Assembly (NCBI RefSeq): GCF_000020025.1
Contig: NC_010628.1
Coordinates: 5,760,001-5,792,000, forward strand
Length of the DNA stretch: 32,000 nucleotides
From: Nostoc punctiforme PCC 73102
GTDB taxonomy: Bacteria; Cyanobacteriota; Cyanobacteriia; Cyanobacteriales; Nostocaceae
Direction: 5' to 3'
A model generated the notes under the pieces. The model saw only the letters and a program-made list of their open reading frames with translations, was not told the DNA's origin and made no database searches. The position numbers and the translations under genes are program-made. Positions 16,193-25,307 of the stretch are shown here, one piece after another (the stretch's first letter is position 1; each line of letters starts with the position of its first letter).

Positions 16193-16462
16193 ATGGGATT
16201 GATTGTGGTACTTCTGATCGTCGGCTTATCACTTGCCTTAATCAAACTGTGGTCATCTCAACCACGGAGCAAGGTTTCTAAGCCATACTTCAGTGACCCG
16301 AAAAACAGAAAACTGCAAAAACGTTTACTTGTTTTACTTAACGGTGATGCGACAACAGCCGAACGGCTACTGAAACAACAGCGCCAGAACCATCAAGGTC
16401 AATCGGATAAATGGTATTTGGAGAAAGTGATTTATGACTTGGAACGCGATCGCCGTTACTAA
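16193..16462 (+). CDS. Hypothetical small protein with an N-terminal TM anchor
   Basis: The 89-aa ORF has an ATG start. It begins MGLIVVLLIVGLSLALIKLW and has a basic, helical C-terminus. Confidence 0.45.
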   Translation: MGLIVVLLIVGLSLALIKLWSSQPRSKVSKPYFSDPKNRKLQKRLLVLLNGDATTAERLLKQQRQNHQGQSDKWYLEKVIYDLERDRRY

Positions 16463-16530
16463 ACCTTAAAACAGAAGAGCAATCTTTGAATTCCTTGTAG
16501 GGACGCACATCTGTACGCCCCTATTGAAAA

Positions 16531-17265
16531 CTATTTAGCAGCGAAATAGGCTTCTAATGCCTCAGAACCACCAATTAATTTACCATCGATAAAGACTTGG
16601 GGAACTGTTGTCGCCCCTGTAACAGCTCGTAACGAGCGTGTGGTGATATCCTTACCCAAAGTAATTTCTTCGTAGTTAATGCCATGTTCCTTGAGCATTG
16701 CTTTAGCACGGGCACAGAAGGGACAACCCACTTTTGCAAACAGAGAAACTACTTCGGGCTTCACTGCTTGGGGGTTGATGTATCTAAGCATTGTTTCAGC
16801 ATCGGATACCTTAAAGGGATCTCCTGGCTCGTCTGGCTCAATAAACATTTGGTTAATGACACCATCTCTTACCAGCATCGAGTAACGCCACGATCGCTTA
16901 CCAAAACCCAAGTCTGATTTATCTACCAGCATTCCCATGCCTTCAGTAAATTCACCATTGCCATCGGGAATTAGTGTAATATTTTCTGCTTCTTGATCCT
17001 TTGACCATTCGTTCATGACAAAGGCATCATTGACAGAAATACAGATAATGTCATCGACACCATTTTCTTTGAAAATCCCAGCCAACTCGTTATAACCAGG
17101 AAGATGAGTGGATGAACAAGTTGGAGTATAAGCACCTGGTAAGGAGAAGACAACCACTGTCTTATTAGCAAACAATTGATCGGTTGTCACATCAACCCAC
17201 TGGTTGTCCTTACGAGTATGAAAAGTGACATTGGGAACTCTTTGTCCTCGACGATTCGCTACCAT
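16531..17265 (-). CDS. Hybrid peroxiredoxin-glutaredoxin (Prx5-type peroxiredoxin fused to Grx)
   Basis: [16 protein letters not shown] is the peroxidatic Cys motif of type II/Prx5 enzymes. The C-terminal glutaredoxin domain has the CPFC active site and [25 protein letters not shown] precedes ATG 17265; the track start at 17289 is a TTG. Confidence 0.9.
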   Translation of the reverse strand: MVANRRGQRVPNVTFHTRKDNQWVDVTTDQLFANKTVVVFSLPGAYTPTCSSTHLPGYNELAGIFKENGVDDIICISVNDAFVMNEWSKDQEAENITLIPDGNGEFTEGMGMLVDKSDLGFGKRSWRYSMLVRDGVINQMFIEPDEPGDPFKVSDAETMLRYINPQAVKPEVVSLFAKVGCPFCARAKAMLKEHGINYEEITLGKDITTRSLRAVTGATTVPQVFIDGKLIGGSEALEAYFAAK

Positions 17266-17344
17266 GTTCCTGCTTCCTGAAGTAATCAATTCCAGTCATA
17301 ACCTAGCATGGGAGGACTAGTAGTATAATGTAACTATCAATCAG

Positions 17345-18274
17345 CTAAGAGACTTCATTGATAAATGGTGCGATCGCTGCTACAAATTCAGCAGTGGATT
17401 CATAAGGCAAAACATTACGCCCATTTATTTTTATACCTCTACTTTGAGGAAAACAGGCGAGGTAGTTAGCCAAGCGATCATCTGGCGTTTCTTTTTTATT
17501 ATTTTGGCTAATACTCGATGCAGTTTCCCCGACTACCGCTAATGTTGGTTGCTGAATCGAGGCCATAAAATTAGTATAATCCTGTCGCCAAAACCCTGCT
17601 AAAAAAGAAAACACTGCATGACGACTAGCAGGATTTTCTGCACCTGCAACTAATGTATTTAACCACTCTGCATCTACAGCACTCTCAGAAGCAAATAGTT
17701 GGCGAGTTGAGAAAGAACGTAAAAATTTAGGAGTGCGTGCATAGCGATAAAAAGGAATCCCTAAAGGGGAATCTAACACATTCCAAATAAATTTTTGCTG
17801 CCATTCTGGTGGTTTATTTGTCATCAAAGCCCACGTTGGAGGTCCAGAAAGTACAAGCCTGGAAATTAAGTTTGATTCCTTTTGGACTAATGCGATCGCA
17901 ACTGGTAATAATGCCCCTTGTACAACTACAATGACAGGTTGCCGTACTACTGTTTGTAGAAAGTACTGCAACTGTTCTGCCCAATCACTAGGAGTATAAG
18001 CCAGATGAGGCATATCACTTTCGCCACATCCTAGTAAATCAGGATTGTAAATTGAATTACGCTGACCTGAATTATACCATTCATGACAAAATCGCTGCCA
18101 AAATTGCCTTGATAATCCGACACCAATAGGATGAATCAACAGTAAGGGAATACCCTCAGATGTTGTGTTAGTTGGTTGATGAATTTCGTAGGTGCAACGA
18201 TAATTCTGCCAAGTGTAAAACTGGCTAGGAGATGCTGTCAAATTAGTTGTGTTAGTTACAGCAGATGGTTGCAT
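17345..18274 (-). CDS. Alpha/beta-hydrolase-fold protein with no recognisable GxSxG nucleophile elbow
   Basis: HPIGVGLSRQFW is the oxyanion-loop region, and DLLGCGESD is present. The expected nucleophile position reads VIVVVQGALLPVAIAL. Confidence 0.75.
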   Translation of the reverse strand: MQPSAVTNTTNLTASPSQFYTWQNYRCTYEIHQPTNTTSEGIPLLLIHPIGVGLSRQFWQRFCHEWYNSGQRNSIYNPDLLGCGESDMPHLAYTPSDWAEQLQYFLQTVVRQPVIVVVQGALLPVAIALVQKESNLISRLVLSGPPTWALMTNKPPEWQQKFIWNVLDSPLGIPFYRYARTPKFLRSFSTRQLFASESAVDAEWLNTLVAGAENPASRHAVFSFLAGFWRQDYTNFMASIQQPTLAVVGETASSISQNNKKETPDDRLANYLACFPQSRGIKINGRNVLPYESTAEFVAAIAPFINEVS

Positions 18275-18295
18275 AATTCCTAGTTTTAATACTTG

Positions 18296-19117
18296 CTAAA
18301 AAATCATCTGTGGGTGGATTAACTGATATCCTGCCTCTTTCAGCTTTTCATTCGATACCCAAGCATTATATGGGCGGGTACTTTTGACAGTAGTATCCCA
18401 TATAACTTTGGGTAAATTATGTTTTTCAAATAGACTATCTAGCAAGTCTCGGCTGGTGAGATGTGCATCATCTACCAGATTGTAAATTCCTTGTAAACGA
18501 CGGTTACGGGCAAATTCTATCGCACCAACAATATCATCTAGATGAATCCAATTTGTGATATCCTCACCGCCTGGACGGTTTGTACCAGAATATCTACTAA
18601 ATATTTTCAACAGTTCTCTACCAGGGCCATAAATTCCTCCTAAGCGGAATATACAAACACGGAGATTTTCGCTAGATGCTGATAGCAAAATATCTTCTGT
18701 TTTCCGGAGAATTTGGGCATTTAAATTAGCTGGCGCAAGTGGTGTTTCTTCATCTACCCATACACCATTTCTGTCACCATATACTGCATAGCTCCCTGTG
18801 TATATTAATTGTTTTACACTCGGATTTTGCTGTAAACATGAAACTAAATTTTGGGCAGTTTGTAGATAAGTCTCTTCATAAACTTCCGCACCTTTTGCAC
18901 CAACGCTCAAAAGTACAACATCTTGATTGTGCAAAACTGATTTTAGACTATCCAGGTCATTGCCGGAGGTAACGAAAACTCTTTGGGATACCGATTGTAG
19001 TGCAGGGACACGCTCAGGAGAAGTTGTGGTTGTACTGACAACAAAATTCATTTTTTGCTGCCAATATTGAGCAACCTGATAACCAACATAACCACAACCA
19101 ATGATTGCAACATTCAT
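18296..19117 (-). CDS. NAD(P)-binding Rossmann protein (atypical SDR / NAD-dependent epimerase-dehydratase family)
   Basis: The N-terminal dinucleotide motif is MNVAIIGCGYVGYQVA. The 273-aa size fits, and its stop is 21 nt upstream of the hydrolase gene's start codon. Confidence 0.75.
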   Translation of the reverse strand: MNVAIIGCGYVGYQVAQYWQQKMNFVVSTTTTSPERVPALQSVSQRVFVTSGNDLDSLKSVLHNQDVVLLSVGAKGAEVYEETYLQTAQNLVSCLQQNPSVKQLIYTGSYAVYGDRNGVWVDEETPLAPANLNAQILRKTEDILLSASSENLRVCIFRLGGIYGPGRELLKIFSRYSGTNRPGGEDITNWIHLDDIVGAIEFARNRRLQGIYNLVDDAHLTSRDLLDSLFEKHNLPKVIWDTTVKSTRPYNAWVSNEKLKEAGYQLIHPQMIF

Positions 19118-19248
19118 GACAAATTAGACACAAATAAAATAAACTACCTGTTGAGAAAATATTCTCAATTAAGAAAATCGAATTAACTAAATTTAACAGC
19201 CCAGAACTAACAGTCAATAGTTAACAGTCAGAAAATTTTACCTAATGG

Positions 19249-19734
19249 CTATTTTGCTAATTCTTTCTCAATTATGGCAATTAACTCTGGTGAATTGGGC
19301 TGTACGCTACTATTAAATCTAGCTGTCACTTCACCTTTTTTATTAACTAAAAATTTTTCAAAGTTCCAAGCAATAGTCCCCGTTGGCTCAACAGCTTTGG
19401 TAAGTCGCTCATAAAGTGGATGCTGCTGTGGACCTTTGGCATGGATTTTATCAAATAGTTCAAAGGTAACACTATATTTACTCGTGCAGAACTGCACAAT
19501 TTCTTCATTACTTCCTGGTTCCTGCGCTCCAAAATCGTTACAGGGGAACCCCAAAATACGTAATCCTTGTTCCCTATACTTCTGGTTCAACTTTTCTAGC
19601 CCCTCGTATTGAGAAGTATAACCGCAGTAGGAAGCTACATTCACAATTAAAAGTACCTTTCCGGTGTAATCCTTTAATTGCTTATCTTCACCGTTGATGG
19701 TCTTGACTGCGATATCCGAAATTGTGTTACTCAT
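19249..19734 (-). CDS. Glutathione peroxidase-like peroxidase
   Basis: LIVNVASYCGYT, LGFPCNDFGAQEPG and WNFEKFLV are the canonical Gpx blocks. Confidence 0.9.
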   Translation of the reverse strand: MSNTISDIAVKTINGEDKQLKDYTGKVLLIVNVASYCGYTSQYEGLEKLNQKYREQGLRILGFPCNDFGAQEPGSNEEIVQFCTSKYSVTFELFDKIHAKGPQQHPLYERLTKAVEPTGTIAWNFEKFLVNKKGEVTARFNSSVQPNSPELIAIIEKELAK

Positions 19735-19952
19735 GTTGAATCTGATTTATAGGGAATATTGCCAAGTCTCCCATATTACAGGTACTCTAAACCCGGTTTT
19801 TTTAAGGAAATTAGCTTTTTTAGCCTTGTTTGGGTCTAAGATTCTGTTTAACTTAGGTGAGACGACAAATGGAAAGTAGTGTATTTAAATTACTTGAAAA
19901 ACATTGTAAGATAGCGATCGCCTGTGAGTTTACCTGAGTGCTAACTCTTCTG

Positions 19953-20149
19953 TAATATATAAGATTTACGCAAACAATTGTCAAAACTCTTATTTCCAAG
20001 TAGGGGCAATACCCTGCGGGTACTCCGTTGGAGAACTTGTAGAGTAGCCGCTTCTCTATGAAGCCCCGCGTAGCTTGCTGCGACCTAAGAGTATGTATCT
20101 ACATGAATTACCCTTACCGCATGTACTTTTGCGTAACTCCTAATATATA
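19953..20149. mobile_element. MITE-like 179-bp element (19962-20140) flanked by a 9-bp direct repeat, taatatata
   Basis: The ends are agatttacgcaaa and tttgcgtaactcc; ttacgcaaa is perfectly inverted and the wider repeat matches at about 12 of 14. taatatata occurs at 19953-19961 and 20141-20149. There is no ORF inside. The interior carries a GCGTAGC-type dispersed-repeat core. Confidence 0.5.
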
Positions 20150-20354
20150 TAGTTCGACAAACCGCGATCGCAGGATATATCTTGGAAATCTGCGTTACTT
20201 TTAATACATTTTTAAGTAATTGCACAGACAATGAGATAATTATTTTCCGAAAGCCTTGGCTAAAGCTTTATTTGGCCGGTCTAATTAAATTAATTGATTT
20301 TGCTAAGTCTATTACCAACAGAAATTACCACTTTCTCCGCAGAAAAAATAACCA

Positions 20355-21815
20355 ATGAATAAGCACATTCGACCCTGGCAACGTTTACTGGCGCTTGCGA
20401 TCGGTTCAATGGTGTTTGCAGTTTTTGCTCCCACAATTGTACAGGCGACAGATCCTCCCACTGTTCAGTCTTTATCTGAAACTACAACGAAACTGCAAAT
20501 TTCTATTGATACTATCTGGGTATTAATCACCGGGTTTTTAGTATTCTTCATGCAAACAGGTTTTGCTATGTTAGAAGCAGGTTTGAATCGGCAAAGAGGT
20601 GTAGTTAACGCCTTACTAGAAAACTTCATTAACGCCGCTGTCACCATCTTAGTGTGGTGGGGAATCGGGTTTGGGATTGCTTTTGGTACAAGTGCTGGCG
20701 GGTTAGTTGGCATAGATACCTTTTTCCTCAGTCAGCTACCTGGTGCTGATGGTAGCTATATATTGGCTGCACCAGGTTCTACAGCCGCCATCAATACCTA
20801 TACCTTGTTCTTCTTCCAGTTTGCCTTTGCTGCTACCGCTACTACGATCGCTACTGGTTCAATGGCTGGAAGAACTGATTTTATTGGTGATTTAATTTAT
20901 AGCGCCATTATGGGGGCGATCGCTTACCCGATCGTCGTCCACTGGGTTTGGAACTCCGACGGCTGGTTATCCAAATTGAGTTATCATGACTTTGCCGGTA
21001 GTTCTGTTGTCCACACCGTTGGGGGCTGGACAGCACTGGTAGGTGCCTATTTACTTGGGTCCCGTCCTGGTCGTCCGGCTTGGGGAACACTACCACCAGC
21101 ACACAATTTAGGTCTAGCAACTCTGGGAACCATGATTCTGTGGTTTGGCTGGTACGGATTCAACCCTGGTTCAACCCTCAGCACAGGTAATACGGGATTG
21201 ATTGGTTTGGTAACAGTCAACACCACACTGTCCGCAGGAGCCGGGGCACTATCAGCAATAATTTTTCAATATACCCGTAAAGGTAAGTGGGATTTGGTTT
21301 ATTCTCTCAATGGTTCGCTAGCAGGATTAGTGGCAATTACAGCTCCTTGTGCATACGTTGCACCTTGGGCTTCGGTTTTGATTGGGTTAACCTCTGGGAT
21401 TTTGGTTACTGTGGGAATGGATTTGATTGAATCAGTCCATATTGATGACCCAGTGGGGGCATTTGCCGTACACGGTATCAATGGCATGATGGGTACTCTC
21501 TCCGTTGGCTTTTTAGGTCAAGCAGAACTGACCCTCAACCAAAAGGCAGGGTTGTTTTTAGGCGGCGGCTTTGAGTTGTTAGGCATACAACTTCTGGGCG
21601 TAGTAGCGATCGCAGTTTTTACTGTCGCCTTTAGCTTTTTGATGTTTGGTGGTCTAAAAGCAGTGGGACATCTACGTGTTAATTCTGAGGCAGATCGCAT
21701 TGGGATCGATGCTTACGAACACGGCGCGTCAGTATGGTCTGATGTTTATGCGATCGAAAAAAAAGAAATAAATTGTGCTGAGACTACCGAAATAGAAGCT
21801 TTGGATAGCGAATAA
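20355..21815 (+). CDS. amt: Ammonium transporter (Amt/MEP family)
   Basis: The 486-aa protein has a signal-like N-terminus. Motifs include DTIWVLITGFLVFFMQTGFAMLEAG, DFAGSSVVHTVGGWTALVGAYLLGSR and GAFAVHGINGMMGTL. Confidence 0.95.
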   Translation: MNKHIRPWQRLLALAIGSMVFAVFAPTIVQATDPPTVQSLSETTTKLQISIDTIWVLITGFLVFFMQTGFAMLEAGLNRQRGVVNALLENFINAAVTILVWWGIGFGIAFGTSAGGLVGIDTFFLSQLPGADGSYILAAPGSTAAINTYTLFFFQFAFAATATTIATGSMAGRTDFIGDLIYSAIMGAIAYPIVVHWVWNSDGWLSKLSYHDFAGSSVVHTVGGWTALVGAYLLGSRPGRPAWGTLPPAHNLGLATLGTMILWFGWYGFNPGSTLSTGNTGLIGLVTVNTTLSAGAGALSAIIFQYTRKGKWDLVYSLNGSLAGLVAITAPCAYVAPWASVLIGLTSGILVTVGMDLIESVHIDDPVGAFAVHGINGMMGTLSVGFLGQAELTLNQKAGLFLGGGFELLGIQLLGVVAIAVFTVAFSFLMFGGLKAVGHLRVNSEADRIGIDAYEHGASVWSDVYAIEKKEINCAETTEIEALDSE

Positions 21816-21853
21816 AGCCAATCATAACGCTTTACAAAGGAAAAAGGTCATTT

Positions 21854-21908
21854 TACGGTAGTTCTAGTGTGTTGTATAGATTGCTTACGACTTTCTACCG
21901 TATTTTTT
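21854..21908 (+). terminator. Possible amt terminator
   Basis: An 8-bp stem, tacggtag / ctaccgta, is followed by tttttt. The 33-nt loop is long, so this is weak. Confidence 0.35.
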
Positions 21909-22112
21909 ATTGAAATTATGTTTACAATTTCAAGGTATTTCCATATCCATACCAAAATCTCTCTGCTATTTTGGCTGGTTTGCTTGTTATTACCAGTAAA
22001 CCAAAAAGTTTTTCCCAAAGAGCGATCGCAACCAGAAATACTAATACTATTTCACGAAATACCTGATTGAAAACTTAGTTTCAGCAAAACTTATTTTATC
22101 TGTGAAAATTTG

Positions 22113-22568
22113 ATGGTTAGAAAATTGAGAGTTGGTATGCTGCTATTGGCAGTTGTAGGAAATCTGGCATGGTCGTTGAGTGCCAAAGCAAATTTTAACG
22201 GTAAACTCACCCTAGAAATTGATGGCTTAAAGAATAAAGAAGGGCAAGTCTGTGTGAGTATATTTGCTAGTAGTGAAGGATTTCCTAGCGATCGCGATCG
22301 CGGCTTCCAAAAGCAGTGTACCAAGATTACTGACACTCCTTTACCCATTACCTTTGAGAACTTGAAAGCAGGTAGTTACGCTGTTGCTGTCTTCCACGAT
22401 CAAAATAATGACCGCATTCTCAACAGTAATGTTTTTGGTATACCAAAAGAAGGCTTTGGATTTTCCAGAAATCCAGAAATTCGTACAGGTGCGCCCAAAT
22501 TTAGCGAGGCAGCATTTTTAGTGGCAGGCCCCAACACTAATATCCAAATCCAGTTGAAATATTTTTAG
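22113..22568 (+). CDS. DUF2141-domain secreted protein
   Basis: It has a signal peptide (MVRKLRVGMLLLAVVGNLAWSLSAKA). GQVCVSIFASSEGFP, AVAVFHDQNNDRILNSNVFGIPKEGFGFSRN and PKFSEAAF match the DUF2141 pattern. Confidence 0.8.
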   Translation: MVRKLRVGMLLLAVVGNLAWSLSAKANFNGKLTLEIDGLKNKEGQVCVSIFASSEGFPSDRDRGFQKQCTKITDTPLPITFENLKAGSYAVAVFHDQNNDRILNSNVFGIPKEGFGFSRNPEIRTGAPKFSEAAFLVAGPNTNIQIQLKYF

Positions 22569-22570
22569 GC

Positions 22571-23713
22571 TTATTCTCGTGCATCGTTGTGCGAATCTTC
22601 TGGTAAACCTTGTTGTTCGGGCAAGCCACGCATTCGATTCATCTGAGTTAAAGCATATCGTGCTGTTGCTTGCACTTCGGCATCTGGGTCATCTAATGCA
22701 TGACGCAACATCTGACTCATTTGACCCATCATGTCATAAATACGCGTCAAGTCTCGGATCGCATTTTGCCTTACTTGGGGACTTTCATCTTGCATTGAAA
22801 TTGCTAAACCCCGGTTCATCGGTTTGAGTGTGCGGATACCAATTTCTGCCAAAGCCGCCAAAATTAAACTGCTTTCTTGAGAATCAGCATCAATCATTAG
22901 GTCAACCATTGGTTGAATTGCCCGCGAATCTCCCTGCTGGCCCAAATCCCAAATAGCCTTGCGTCGCTTCGTTGGGTCAGAACTGCGTAAGTCTTGAATT
23001 AATTCGTCAACGATGTTGAGTTTAGCAAGCCGCGAAGTTTTTTCTGGTAGTAGTAATCGTGTGGATAGCGGCGGCGTAGCTGTTTCTTTACCGGTTACAG
23101 TCTCTGGTGGGGGTGGTATCATCGTTTTTTTGTTAGCTTCACTCAATCTTTTAGTATCTGATATTTCGGACTTTTGCATTTGTTTAATCTGACGAAACCA
23201 CCTCATCAGGTAAATAAGTGCGCCAATAGTTCCTAAAACTCCGATGGAACATATAAACCACCAGATGAAACCTTTCTCAGGTGGCTTAGGTTTTGCAGTC
23301 GGTTTGGGAGTTGGATTAGGAAAAGTGACTATTGGAGAGGTGATAATCTGATTTTTGGCAACTAAAGCTGCTTGCAGCCTCCTCCTAGTTGCTAGACCAG
23401 CAAGTCCATCTACTTTTAAACCCTTTGCTTTCTGGAATTCAGCTACAGCGATTTCTGTACTAGGGTTGTACTGTCCATCTACCACGCCATTGTAGTATCC
23501 CAACTGTTTTAATTGGGTTTGTAATCTCTGCACATCTGATTTTCGGCTACCATATCTCAAAACAGCCGGACTAGCGGTAACTGTCGAACTAGCTTGTGCC
23601 ACTTCTAAAATTTCAGGTGCTAGGTTAGGTGTGGCTGTACTTGCACGATTTGGGTAAAAACCCACGCAAGAAAAACAGGTAAATATCAGAATTGAGGAAC
23701 GGCATAGCCTCAT
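22571..23713 (-). CDS. Peptidoglycan-binding-domain / TM / HEAT-repeat protein
   Basis: The PG_binding_1-like block is DVQRLQTQLKQLGYYNGVVDGQYNPSTEIAVAEFQKAKGLKVDGLAG. A TM helix (IWWFICSIGVLGTIGALIYL) follows. The C-terminal HEAT/PBS-lyase-like repeats include DPTKRRKAIWDLGQQGDSRAI. ATG 23713 is preferred over GTG 23761. Confidence 0.75.
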   Translation of the reverse strand: MRLCRSSILIFTCFSCVGFYPNRASTATPNLAPEILEVAQASSTVTASPAVLRYGSRKSDVQRLQTQLKQLGYYNGVVDGQYNPSTEIAVAEFQKAKGLKVDGLAGLATRRRLQAALVAKNQIITSPIVTFPNPTPKPTAKPKPPEKGFIWWFICSIGVLGTIGALIYLMRWFRQIKQMQKSEISDTKRLSEANKKTMIPPPPETVTGKETATPPLSTRLLLPEKTSRLAKLNIVDELIQDLRSSDPTKRRKAIWDLGQQGDSRAIQPMVDLMIDADSQESSLILAALAEIGIRTLKPMNRGLAISMQDESPQVRQNAIRDLTRIYDMMGQMSQMLRHALDDPDAEVQATARYALTQMNRMRGLPEQQGLPEDSHNDARE

Positions 23714-23846
23714 ATTGAAAGTTTCAGCCTGAACGTGCTTTTGAAGTCTTCGATCCCACAATACCTTCTAGATGACCAAATGTTAACTGTCATTGGGTAT
23801 TGGGTCTTGTCTTTGATCGCCCTCATCTATACTTAACGAGTTAGGG

Positions 23847-24908
23847 TTAAATTTCTGGTTCAGATTCTCTAACTGCTAGGCTTACAGGGTTCAATTTTTT
23901 AGCAGATGAATCTAAAACTGGTGGCTGTATATTAGCTATTTCACCGACGGTAATTGTGTCGTTTTGCGCGCCTAAGGCATCACGTTGGTTAATGAGATAG
24001 ATGCTAATTAAAGTCAGGAAAACACCTACCCACTGCACCGGACTGAGGACTTCTGAGAGAAAGAGATTGCCGAATAGTAGGGCAAAGACGGGCGTAAGGA
24101 AGGTAAGAGAACTAAGACTAGTGAGACTGCCACTAGAGGCAAAGTAGAAGAATAACCCGTAGGCGATCGCACTGCCAAAGACAGTAGCATAACTCAAAGC
24201 CACTAAATCAGATCCTCCTAGATTTTCCCACTGCTGAGATTCTAAAACTGACGAAATTCCCCATAATGGTAATCCCCCCAAAATCATGTGCCATCCCGTA
24301 GCGGTTACGGGGTCAGCATACCGACACACAAACCGAATCAACACTGTTCCCACAGCCATTGATAAGGCTGCCAATAGCATCAACCACTCACCGCTAGCAA
24401 ACAAGTCTTGCCAGTTGCCAATTGTGATATTTGCGCCTGAGTCGAGAATATGTAAAATCCACTCATCAGGTAAGCCAATTAAACTAATGCCTGTGACTCC
24501 CAAACCTAACCCCAGCCATCCCCAAAAACCAATGTGTTCTTGGAATAGCCACAACGACAGCAATGCTACTGCCAAGGGTTGCGAGTCAATCATCACAGAC
24601 CCTAACCCCGCAGTTGTTCTGACTAATCCCTCAGCCAAAAAGCCTTGAAATAAAGTCCCATCTATGAGGGCGAATAAGGCAATCCAAAGCCATGCAGCCC
24701 AACCCTTGGGCTGGGGTTTACCCATGAATGCTGCTGCAATCAAAATTAACATCCCTGCTGGTATCAGGCGCACTCCCGCCATGAATAGCGGTGTGGTGTG
24801 GGGTATGACTCCTTTCATTGCTACCATTGCCGTCCCCCATAGAAAAAAGGGAGCAATTAACAAGAGAGGGGCGAAGGGAAGTCGAGATGCACTGAGTTTC
24901 AGTTGCAT
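23847..24908 (-). CDS. DMT-superfamily (EamA-like) transporter
   Basis: It has about ten hydrophobic segments in two EamA-like halves. ATG 24908 (MQLKLSASRLPF) is preferred over TTG 24941. Confidence 0.8.
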   Translation of the reverse strand: MQLKLSASRLPFAPLLLIAPFFLWGTAMVAMKGVIPHTTPLFMAGVRLIPAGMLILIAAAFMGKPQPKGWAAWLWIALFALIDGTLFQGFLAEGLVRTTAGLGSVMIDSQPLAVALLSLWLFQEHIGFWGWLGLGLGVTGISLIGLPDEWILHILDSGANITIGNWQDLFASGEWLMLLAALSMAVGTVLIRFVCRYADPVTATGWHMILGGLPLWGISSVLESQQWENLGGSDLVALSYATVFGSAIAYGLFFYFASSGSLTSLSSLTFLTPVFALLFGNLFLSEVLSPVQWVGVFLTLISIYLINQRDALGAQNDTITVGEIANIQPPVLDSSAKKLNPVSLAVRESEPEI

Positions 24909-25192
24909 GGGTTTGCTGATGCCTTTGTTTAACAAGCGCAAAAATTGCTTTACCCAATTTTACCGAATTATGTAGTTTTGCGATCGCTTCTGGTGGGTGC
25001 TTTACAACATCGTGTAAAGTCCGCTCGGGAAAGAATACTCAGGCGTAGCTCAGGTTACAGAAGGTTGAATATGTTTTTCATTAGACGGATAGCTTGAAAA
25101 AGCTTTATCAGTTAACAAACACAAATGCTTAAAATCAAGCAGATAGCACTGCTTGTATGTATAATCATACTAGGACTTATGTTTGATTATTA

Positions 25193-25307
25193 AAAAAAAT
25201 CTCAGTATAGCTCAAAGAGGCTTATTGACTATTGCCTGTTGCCTTCCTGCGGAAAAAATTATGGCTACACAACGCTGCGCGAACAGAAATAAAATCGGAT
25301 TGCTATA
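25193..25307 (+). repeat. Roughly 115-nt dispersed repeat, copy 1 (copy 2 at 29965-30078, same orientation)
   Basis: Shared blocks are aaaaaa.ctc.gta.a.ctcaaa.ag.ctt, ctattgcct.ttgcct, tatggctac, aaaatc and tt.ctata. Confidence 0.7.

Noticed and set aside
20123-20230. NtcA-type sites upstream of amt: GTActtttgcgTAA (20123-20136), GTTacttttaaTAC (20194-20207), GTAattgcacaGAC (20217-20230)
   Set aside because: None matches GTA-N8-TAC fully, and none has a TAN3T -10 box at the canonical spacing of about 22 nt (the best case is GATAAT at 27 nt). They are worth testing experimentally but cannot be supported as calls.
21867-22070. 67-aa GTG-start ORF after amt
   Set aside because: It overlaps the putative amt terminator, has an odd Cys/Phe/Leu-rich composition, and has no RBS.
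24286-24975. Plus-strand ORFs 24286..24648 and 24664..24975, and minus-strand 24718..24957
   Set aside because: They are antisense or off-frame shadows of the DMT transporter gene, which has a typical hydrophobic gene complement.
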